Below are positions 38,404 to 49,200 of a DNA stretch of 64,000 bases, one piece after another. The stretch covers positions 6,262,001 to 6,326,000 of the forward strand of contig OZ231126.1 in NCBI GenBank assembly GCA_965153355.1, written 5' to 3'. Each line of letters begins with the position of its first letter. Position 1 is the first letter of the stretch. Under the pieces are notes generated by a model. It saw nothing but the letters and a program-made list of their open reading frames with translations. It was not told where the DNA came from and did no database searches. Origin of the DNA: Flaccisagitta enflata. Its lineage: Eukaryota. The position numbers and the translations under genes are program-made.

Positions 38404-41400
38404 TCAGGCGACTCTCTGAAGATTGGCGAGAGTGGCTTCGTAGAAGTCGACGACAGAGTTGGGAAGCGGCTGCCAGGAGGATGAACTGGACTCAAGAACT
38501 CGCAGCAGCAAACATCTCGTCAACGACTCGGTCTTGCCATCCAGGATCTTCTGACGAACGCTTTCGATCAACGCCTGATCAAGATGGGGGCGGAGGAAAG
38601 AGATGGACGAATGTTGTGATGGGCTTAAGAGGATGAAAAGTGGCCAATGAAGGCCAGATTCCTCACTCGTCTACTTGAGCATAATGGACTTATGAACTGT
38701 CTTGCCCTTCCGTCTGGCGATGATGCATGCTCATAGCAAGAGACAAGAGAGTGGAAATATACTCCTTAAACGAACCTGCTCTTTGTCTTGGGCTTTTTCC
38801 CTCAAAATGGGTCCGACCAACGTGAGATTTTGAGCAAGGACGAGACTCGCGTCGTTCGTCAGCGAAAAATCCTAATCAATTAACACAAATTTGATTCAAA
38901 ATCAGTTCTCCCTCATGTGTCGTATGTACGATCGGTCATCAATCTGATGTACATGATATTGATATATGCACAAGAGAACATAATTCATCCCCCAGAACTA
39001 TGGAACTATGGGTTCTGATTTCCAAACGAGCAAAAAGCCATGATGAACACAGCATCGTAATTAAGGAATTTGCAACTGGTTGAGTGGTTGGAAGACACTT
39101 GCGGATATGACTGGCAGTATCCTGGGGATATATGACAACGGAAGGTGCTAACGGCAGAGGCATTTACCTGCAGCATCATGGAGAGATATTCGACAACGGG
39201 AGTTGCTAACGGCAAAAGTGGCATTCCAGATCGATCCCGCATTTCCGCAAAAACTCCGCATAACAAAGTCACGCACGATAAAAAGTCGGACTCGGACTTT
39301 TCGAAGATCGTCGCTCTGCGTTGGGGGGGGGGGGGAGAAGGGGGGGAGAGAGGAGAGGAAGAGAAGAAAAGATATTGATTGCACACCCTAGATGGCGAGT
39401 TTTACAGTCGCAGTATTCAAGGGTCAGCGGTATCCGATGCCCCTAAGTCGGTGCATGTTAAGATGACATGATAAGAGGGGGCACATTTGTTTCAGGAGTT
39501 ATATAACCTCTCACGGACACCGGATGGGACAAAGATCAAGATTGACTAGGCCAAGTAGGCCAACGATGCGTCCTCTTTGAATGAACGTTTTTTATGAATA
39601 AATGTCTTTTTTGAGGATGAATGTCATTTGTGAATGAATGAATGATTGAATGAACGAATTACTTGATGTATGCTTCTTTTACTGAGGTACAACCACTTTT
39701 CTGTTGAAAAAATGCTTACTTTGATGTTTTTAATGAATGCGTTACCGACCAACCGACCGACTGACCAACGGACACAGCCTATTATAGAGATGCATGGACG
39801 CATCTAAAAACGGTGAACAGAACATAGTACACAAATGACACAATCAATGAGTTTCCGACATGAGTAGCCTGTCGGACAGCCTAATCAAGACTGAACCATC
39901 CCACAGTTGATTAACATCCATCATGACCCTGACCTACTCTTAAAATCCGATTAAAGGCCTCTTAGGAGGAATCCTCTGAATTCTAGTCCTCCTTGATTGT
40001 GATGAGTGAGACTGACCTGTTCTTAAAATCCGATTAAAGACCTCTGAGGAAAAACCCTCTAATTTTGCTCAACCTTGGTTGTCACAAGTGAGACTGACCT
40101 GTTTTTAAAATCCGATTAGAAGGCCTCTAAGGAGGAACCCTCTGAATTCCGCTCCTCCTTGGTCGAGATGAGTAAAACTGACCTGTTCTTAAAATCTGAT
40201 TGAAAGTTTCTACGAGGAACCCTCTAAATTCCGCTCCTCCTTGGTCATGATGAGTAAGACTGACCTGTTTTTAAAATCTGATTAAAGGCCTCTGAGGAGG
40301 AATCCCCTGAATTCCGCTCCTCCTCACTTGTGATGAGTGAGACTGACCTGTTCTTAAAATCCGATTGGAGGCCTCTTAGAAGGAATCCTCTGAATTCCGC
40401 TCCTCCTTGATCGTGATGAGTGAGACATTGACAGGTTTGAGCGGCTACTTGGGAAAAGGCCCGATCCTCGATACAAATCGCGTGAATCGAACGCGCCACG
40501 TCCTCGGCGCCTGAGGATGACAGAGGGGAGGAGAAAAATGGCATGGACGGTACTGATGACAGAAGAGGAGAACAGCGAATACGGATGAAGAGGAGGGGAG
40601 CAAGGACATGGATGATCACAATGACGAAGAGAAGAAGAACGATGAATATGGATGATAACAATGACAAAGGGGAGGATAAAAGCGACATGGATGATAGCGA
40701 TCAAGAGGAGGAGAACAATAACATGGATGATGACAATGACAGAAGGGGGAGAAGAACAATGACATGGAGAACAACAATGACATGGATAATAACAATGACG
40801 AAGAGGAGGAGGACAATGACAAGGATGATAATGGCAGAACGGGAGATCAATGACGCAGTAGAAGGGGAAATACGACATGCGTGATGAGAAAATGAAGAAA
40901 ATTAACACTACAGCATGCAGCAGGAGGAATGCCGTTACAGCATGCAGCAGGAGGAATGCCGTTAAAGAGGGAAAGGAAGGAGTTTCAAAGCCCGCAGATA
41001 TTTGTCATAATTACCATCAGGGAAATAAGGTTTCAGTTTGTCAAAAAGATCTCCTGGGCTAGATTTGTTTTTCGCCGCATTCCTGACCACCACTTCCGGA
41101 GGCGTGGTTGGACGCTGCTGTTGTTGTGGAAGCGGTGGTTGCTGTTGTTGTGGAAGCGGTGGTTGCTGTTGTTGTTGAAACGGCGGTGGTGACTGTTGAT
41201 GGGAAGGTGGGGGCGTCGGCGGTGGAGGACTGACGAATCCTCCGGCATTTGGAGGGGGCGTAGGAGTGGAAGGAGGCGGAGGGGTGGAAAAGGAAGTCGG
41301 CGGAGGCGGCGTGGAAAAAGGCCCCAGAGAAGATTGTTGTTGCTGTTGATGCTGCTGCTGTTGCCGCGATGAAAGTTGCGGCGATAATGGTTCCGTCGGC

Positions 41401-44400
41401 GACTGGGACGCCAAACGAGGATAGGCACCTGGGGCATCTTCGAATTGACTCTCTGTACATTTTAGACAACGAAAGGGCGGGGGGTGCAATGAACGAATAA
41501 GTGATGCTTCCTCGTAAGGTCAAATGGCATGGCCACGCCCAAAAAATTCGAGTTTCAGGTTTTTACCAAATTTTCATGATCAACAGTCCATAATAGAGAC
41601 AACTTATTTTCAGATCGACAGAGACGAATACACCGCAAGGCGATTTCTGTGGTATTTCCCTCAGCGCTTAGCCCTTTCCTTACAGTAGGGTTTGTGGAAT
41701 GACAGGCTAAATTGGAGGAAGGTATTTAAGTGTCTTAATTTCATTTAACAAACTTGATATTTGAAATATAAGTTGTTCACTCGATGCTTTTGTCCCTGAG
41801 TTTTTTTGTTGCTATGGAAACTAAAATTATTTTTTTAAACATTTATAACTACTAAAATATCAATATTTTGGGAAATATTGTCAGGGAACATTGCTCAAAA
41901 TTAGATTTGCTACAACTTTCCCGCAATATGTTCTGTAAGAATATTGCTCGTTTGGCGGTTGCTAGGGGGTATCACACCTAGCAACCGCTAAATGATGCTT
42001 CCTAGCAACGGCTAAACGAGCAATATTCTTACAGGACATACTGTGGGAAAGTTGTAGCAAATTTAATTCTGAGCAATGTTCCCTGATAATATTTGTCAAA
42101 ATATTGATATTCTAGTTGTTATAAATGTTCAAAAAAATAATTTTGGTTTCCATAGCAACCAGAAAACTCAGGGACAAAAACATCAAGTGAACAACTTATA
42201 TTTCAAATATCGAGTTTGTCAAATGAAATTAAGACACTTAAATACCTTCCTCCAGTTTAGGCTGTTATTCCACGAACCCTTCTGTACCTCTTGTCTGATT
42301 GTCGATGAGGGCGGTTAACGCTGGCGGCGGTAGATTGTCGAGAGACTGTTGCAGAGAGAGATAACTGAGAGAACCGCGTCCTCTTCCTCGCCCACGAGCC
42401 GGGGCAGCACTCACCAACGCCTCCATTTGTTAAAAGCTGGTTGGTTAATCGAAACGACGCTGAAACAACTCGGTAATCAAGTTCAATGAACCGTCGACCG
42501 TCGATTGTATCTCGGATGTCGAGTAGTCCCGTTATCACGAAAAATTAGGGAATCTATATATATATTGCCTATGTATCACAGAGATAAACTACAATAAATG
42601 GATGGCCAACGGGATGGGCGCGAGAGGAAGTGCGAGGAGGGACAAGCTTACTCGGCCTGCGCGATGGGAGGTGGCATTGACGCCGAGCCGAGCTCTTTAT
42701 CTGAGTGGCTGTCGATAGATACCACGATAGTCGATAGTTAGGCTTCATTCAATACACTTAAGAAAAACAGGTCTGGAAAGAAATGGAAAAATCAAAGTAT
42801 GGTGACAAACCAGTTATGGTAAATACATGGGGTCAAATAAGAAGACATTTAACGGTGGTTGTATCACAGCTTTAAAAAGATGTTAAGTTGCCTGTAAAAT
42901 TGGGATCAAATTGATCATTGTCATTGTTCAAAATCAAAAGTTGCCTGTGAAGTTCAGATCGAAATGATCATTGTCATTGTTCAAAAATCACAAGTTGCTC
43001 GTGAAGTTGGGATCGAAATGATCATTGTCATTGTTTAAAAATCACAAGTTGCTCGTGAAGTTGGGATCGAAATGATCCAAATAAACGATGACGTCAGAAT
43101 CGGAATTGAGTAAAAACGAAGAATCGATGAGAAACGTCGACGTTGAGTCGTCGTCGAAAAGCCGGCAGTCGTCGGCAACTAACGCAATTCCTTCTGTGGT
43201 AAGTGAAACGCCATCTGTAGGTAGTGTAGCTACATCTGTGGTCAGTGTAGCTTCATCTGTAACGACCGAAGAAACGTCCGTGTCTGCGATGAGAGCGATC
43301 CCGTCGGTGGCTAACAAGGAGCCATCTGTGGGGAGCGAAGACACATCCGTGGCGAGCGAGGACCCATCTGTGGCGGGCGAGGACCTATCCGTAGTGAGCG
43401 AGGAATTGTTCGTGACGAGCGGTGAATGAAAACATTCAGTAACTAGAGATGGCCCATCTGATAACTTATCGTTTATGAGCGATGAACCTTCCTCTACGAC
43501 TACTCGTGAAGTTCCGGTTGTTACGAACGAATGTCCATTATTTCCCACGTGAGATTCCAGAGGTGACCCAAAAGGTAACTCGTCCATATCGCCCTTGCTG
43601 GAGCCCGTTTCAGTGAATTTTGTGTTGTCGTTTTTGACGCCAATATTTCTCGAGACAACGCCATCTGTAGAATAGGGAAGAGAGGCGAATAAATAACACG
43701 AGGAAAATCTTTCAGTTTTTAACTTTAAAACCACGGGGTTATGATGATAAGACTCAATGATGGTCTAAATAAGGAGGGGAACAGGAAGATAAGAACTAAA
43801 TAAGTGGAAAGGGAAAGAGGAGGAAAAGGGGTGCGGAAAGACGTCTTACTTAAAGGTTACAAATCACCAGCTCAAATGGTAGGAACCGGGTACCGTTGGC
43901 GAGCTCAGGACTTGAATGATTCTGACAGTTCTAGACTTAAACTTAAAGACATGTTTTAGGAATGAACTGACAAGAGATCAGCGATTGAGATGAAATAAAA
44001 GGCAGAGGAGGAGGATGAAGAGGAGGGGGATGAATAGGAAATGGGGAAAAAGAAAACAAACTTGGGGTTTATCGCTCCCAGAAGCATCTGTATTTGAAAG
44101 AAAGGGTCGAAAGAATGAAAATAAGCGGATCAAGGATCAGCAAGGAATTCATAAAGCATGAATAATGAAATCGAAAAGGAAACAGAGAAAAGACTAAGGA
44201 CAGAGTGGACAGAATGGGAGGAAGAGATAGGGAGAAAGAGAGGAAAGGCTGGAGACAGAGGGAGTTGAAGGAAGAGATAGGAAGAAAGAGAGCAAAGGCT
44301 AGGGACAAACGGAACGGAAGGATGAGATAGGCAGGAATACAGAAAAGGTTAGGGACAAAGGAAAAGGAAGGAAGAGATAGGAAGAAAGTAAAAGGTTAGG

Positions 44401-45164
44401 GACTGAATGAGTGGAAGGAAGAGAGAAAAGGTCGAGGACAATTGACAAAAGGTGATGGAAGGTTAGGAAAGGATAGGCTGAAACAGAGAAAAACACAAGA
44501 AAAGGGAACGGAAGGACGAGATAGGAAGAAACAAAGACAATGGAAGGAAGAGAGATGTGTGGAGCGTGAGAAAACTTGTACGGGTATACCCGAAGCACTA
44601 AGGGTGTATGCTAGCAAGTAGCGACTGAGACTGGAACTGATATTGATAACTATTAAATGCACAACAGTGCAGTAACCCGTATTATTCATTAAATTGTTTC
44701 AGTTGAAATCAATAAACGGTACTAGGAATAGATTCTTATCAGACCAAAACCACACGGCATACGAACGGCACCGGCAGACCAGACCCAGGGGCAAAATCAA
44801 AACATTCTTTTTATCTCTCTCTCGGTCTCTTACTTAATGACGGGCTTCCTGTGGGGGTTCCGACTTTTTGGATACAACTTCGATGTTCTAACATTTTTCG
44901 ACGCGGAGAAATAGCAGCTTCCAAATTCTCTCCAGGTCTTTCCTCTTCTCTCGCTCCTCCTAGTTTTTCACCACCACAACCACCACCATCACCATTCACC
45001 CCAGCGATATCACCGAGTTTTTCAACCACAGTTTCGGCACTTTCCGTCGTATCTGAAGTCGTGGTGTATGAGGCGTTTTTGATTATTGGCTCAGTGTCGT
45101 CTGTAGACTGTTTGGGCGACATGGATGACGACGCATCCAATGGCAAAAACGACGACGAAACCTC
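38404..45164 (-). CDS. CTIF: CBP80/20-dependent translation initiation factor-like protein (C-terminal MIF4G domain); first coding exon not located
   Basis: Secure exons: 41452-41015, 40510-40348 (RSIHAICIEDRAFSQVAAQTC...AEFRGFLLRGLQSDF), 39315-39168 (FLSCVTLLCGVFAEMR), 38871-38776, 38574-38404 (LTRCLLLRVLE...SWQPLP...FY). These match the CTIF/MIF4GD MIF4G domain. Tentative upstream low-complexity exons: 45164-44834, 43664-43046, 42708-42652 and small exons ending at 42288. Confidence 0.75.
39925..40425 (-). repeat. ~83-bp tandem repeat of a CTIF-like exon end plus its GTCAGT donor, about 6 copies
   Basis: Donor copies near 40347, 40264, 40182, 40099, 40016 and 39933. Confidence 0.9.
41683..42284. 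mobile_element. Foldback (palindromic) MITE, TA-flanked
   Basis: TA|CAGTAGGGTT...AACCCTTCTG|TA. Inverted arms of ~285 bp make almost the whole element self-complementary. The end sequence resembles that of 3541-4981. Confidence 0.88.
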
Positions 45165-45779
45165 CTAAAGATACAACAATACATGATTTTGTAAGATTTA
45201 TGTATACATAAGTTTGTGCTCTTTTACAGGGCAGAATTTTTGTTAGTCTAAGCCTAACTTTTAGAAGAAATTGATTTATGGATGCTGCACCGTTCAATCA
45301 CATCATTAGATTTTGTCATCCTTCTTTCTTTTTAATCTCACCGATTATTTAAGAATTGGGTATAAAAAGCCAAGTAAATAAGATAATAATTGATAATCGC
45401 TTAAGTGACCGCTTGAGTGACCGAACTAAAAGGGAAACATGAGAGTCATATTTCGATATATCGAAGTATGCCCAGATAAACCAAGTTGCGTTATCTCGTA
45501 ATATGATGGAGATATGGTCATATGGATGAATGCGGAATTGGGACTGACTGTATAAAATGCGGCCATAAAATTCTGAGTCAAGAAAGGAGCTTTCCCGTGA
45601 TATGAGGGAGTTTGCAGGTCCACGGCTTGCAAAGCAGGGTAAATCAAGGCCTAAGGTAAGTTGAGGTGATGAGATTGCGTCGACCTTCGTCGCGTTCTCA
45701 ATCGCTTGAACGAGAGAAGAAGAATTTGCAGCTCTTGAGAGTATAATTCTGCTACGCGGCAGCTTGCGGAATCTGCATC

Positions 45780-45940
45780 TCTGCGAGAGAGATAGAATAT
45801 GACAGTCGAAACGTTGAGAGAAAGTTCGTAACTAAGCAACAGCTCAAACATCAACAAACAATCTGCTACAAAACTAGTTTAGCGGCACGCGATCGCCCGA
45901 GTGAATTTTTGTGACGCGCACAAACTTAGGAATTTTTGGT
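45780..45940. promoter_or_regulatory. Candidate bidirectional promoter between the CTIF-like gene (-) and the small membrane-protein gene (+)
   Basis: Head-to-head arrangement, a CpG-containing repeat-free stretch, and a plus-strand donor GTAAGC at 45939 that may close a 5'UTR exon. Positional inference only. Confidence 0.3.
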
Positions 45941-46248
45941 AAGCAGCTTGCATTTAGAGTTTGGAGTTTCTAAAAAAATCAGCTAGTGGCATACAAGTAA
46001 CACGGAGGCATAATTGAGATTTTATGCATAGTAGGTTGCGTATAAGTGGAGTTTTTTGCCTAATAATTAAACTGAGAAAGAATGGATAACCATAGGAGTA
46101 GTTTGGCGAATCGCATTTATGCATCTTTATGTCTAGCGGGACTCAATATATCTCACGTTCCGAATTAGCTCGGTTCATCAGGCTGGGTGGTTGGTTTGAC
46201 TTGATCTTGCTTCGTTTCTAATAATAATTTCTATCAGGCTGGAAGAAG

Positions 46249-49200
46249 ATGTGTGAAAAGTCAACGGTCGTCGGGGTTGTGAGTTTGGCTATTTTGGCGA
46301 CAGTCATTGGGTATGCGAATTAGCTAGCTTAAAACGAATTCAGTTAGGCCGTTAGGCAGGATTACATGCAGATATTGGCTAATAAAGAAGGCTAACCGCC
46401 AGGTGGAAGCGCCAAAACATATGTACAGGGGTATTGCATGATGAGTTTTTCCTTCTCTTTCGTTTGTCAAGATCGAGTTTGGCACGAAGCAACGTGACAA
46501 ATGCTACCAACGGAACTTTGAGTACAAATTCTGAAAGCGCAGTCAAAGTAGCAAGTCATGCACAGGTGTGTATGATCAAAGTTTTGGTGTTTAGGTGCTT
46601 ATAAAAACCTCAGTCGTATCATCTCATCATCGACGCGTCAGGTATTGACTGGTACAGCAAATATTATTTCATTACTGGTATACACTCTTTATTTTGAGTA
46701 AGGACAAAGTTTATAAGGACATTGAGGCTGAGATTTAGCCAAAAATTAAGGACATTTTAAGGACAAGGCTCAGCCTCAGATAAGACCTCAGCAAAAATCT
46801 TCTCTCAAGTGAGATTCTTAAATTCAGCTTTATGTTGAATTGTTGATATGTGTTTATTTTCTTTCAAAACTAATTTGTCATATCTTTATTATTTTTTATT
46901 TTATTTAGTTAGGTATAGTTACATTTGACAATAGTTAGATACTTGCCTTGCGAAGAAAAAATTAAGGACATTTCAAGAACATTTCAGCCTCAAATTTTTG
47001 ATAATTTAAGGACATCCGAGGCTCAAAAAAAATATACTGGTCCTTAAAAAAAATAAAGAGTGTAGTAAATATTAGCAGGGGGTGGTAAGCTAAAACGTCG
47101 GGGTGCAAACGAAGCCAAAATTTGAATTTCATTTACATTAAACTAATACATATAGTTATCCATATGGGTAATAAGTTTTGTAATAAAAAATTTATACTCC
47201 TGATTTTTTTAGAAATTTAAGAATATAATCACAATATAAAAAGTTTCTATTGCATATTCATGAAGACAGAAGTTATTCAATAAAACATGAGAATTTCTCC
47301 TAAAAATCAGAGGAAAAGTTCAGAAAGCTGTTAGGTAAAATTATAATTCTGCTTTTGAATGCAAAATTTTGCATTTCTAAACATATCATCATATGAGTCT
47401 TTAGAAAGACGCCATGTTTTTGAAAATGACAATTTTTGAATCTCTATGCAAAGTTATAATTTTACCTAAGACATGTCAGATAGTAAAAAGAGATTTCGCT
47501 TAAAAACTCCTTTTTTTCTGTCCTTCATCCTCACATTTCATGGTTAATTTGGACTCAAAAATGGTTTTTAATGCAACAAGGCCGGATACACGGCTACCCC
47601 AGTCGCGTGCAGGTGGGCAGTGGCCATAATTGAGGTCAGTGGAACATTTGGGCAGGAGCAATAAAGCCAAAACCCCCACTAACGCCGAAAAAGTAAAATG
47701 TGATGGACGGACGGACAGACGGACGGACAAAGCGGAGTGTAGAGTCGCGTAGCACGCGACTAAAAATACTTTAAACAAACTGATAATCATTTTTCATTAA
47801 TGATTGCAAATTAACAATATCTATCACACTGCTAAAAAAAATGTTGACAGATCAAATTTTGTCTTCGATTGCACCTTGACTGAAGCATTTTTCAGCGTTT
47901 TTTAGCATTTTTTAGCATTTTCTAGCATTAATATTTCTCCTTTCTGCTGAGCTGCTAAAACACTGGTAAATTCCGCCTTTATTTTAGCTTTTTTGAGTGG
48001 TGTTTAGGCTTTTAATGTTTTAGCATTCCATGTTTCTGCAATTTAAGTGTTTTAGCACAGTTTAGAAATTCCTTTATCTTGGTGCTTCAACACATTAGTG
48101 TTTTAGCAGTATTTACAATTATCCTTGCTTCAAATGTTTTTAAATATTCAGCGTTTTAGCATCAATTTGTGTTTTAGCATCTTAGTGTTTTAGCTAAGTC
48201 AGTGTTTTAGCGGAGTTGGTGTTTTAGTCTGGTGTTTTAGCATGATGGTGTTTTAGCTCATTTTTATGTTTTAGCTCAGTGTTTTAGTACAGAGGAAGGA
48301 GAAATATAAGATGTGAACCCCCCTAAAACTGTAGCACCCCCCCTTACAGCTCAAATTATACCAATGAATAATAAATTCAACATTGGTCCTTTCCGAAATC
48401 AGGCTGACGGTGAGAGCCTCAAAAGGGTCAAATTTCAAAATGTGTTTTATACAAATTTCCTTTTCTTACTATCTAATATGATGTTTGAGGGGTTGGAAAA
48501 CAAGTTTCATATAACTTAGCAGGACCTCAGTTTCCCGTGAGCGGCAATTTCATTCAGAAGTATACAAATTAGGAAAAAAATCATCTTTTGCCAAGACTAA
48601 GCCTTCAAAAACATTTCTCGTGTCTCGTTTACGTGGTTGAAACATACATACTGTTACAAGAAGGTTCTCTCATAGCCAGAAACGAAAAAGCTTTTCAGAT
48701 TCTACCGAATCATGCAAATTAGGTTGACTTATTATGCTGGATAAAGCTAGGAGAATCGAGAAACAAAATGTCTTCGTAAATCAGTGCTCTGTTTTTTTTT
48801 TTCGAATAGCCTTTTGTTGCCCTGAAAGTTAGCACTTTGTTTTCAAAAAAGTAAGAAACTTTCAGGGAGCGTTACAAGCCTACAGGCAACATACGTCACA
48901 TTAACAGGGTAGTCAGGCCCAGAATTGCAGCCTTTTGCCATAAAAACAAAAAATGTTTACACTGTACAATTGACTTTTCTCATGTAAACACTCGGCCATG
49001 ATCGAATACGTTTTCAGTAAGTGAATCTATATCAATTAATCATTGTTCTCAATTCTGCTTTAAGACACAGTTATGAAATATTAAAATGGAGTCAAAGGGA
49101 CGGGGTAGGCCACGGCAAACCTGTACTGATGAAAAGCAAGAGCGCTCGCGAGAGTTACAGCGCCTACGGACTGCCAAATCTAGGGAGGGGACGCGTGTTG

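Noticed and set aside
40905-40965. 27-bp duplication near the end of ORF 40962-41489 as another junction echo
   Set aside because: The phase-consistent donor is at 41014, so this duplication is purely intronic; the same applies to the duplication at ~35400/35548.
9169-45164. Five co-oriented genes as a trans-spliced operon
   Set aside because: CDS-to-CDS spacers are 0.8-4 kb and partly repeat-filled, and acceptors near start codons are equally explained by 5'UTR introns; no spliced-leader evidence is visible.
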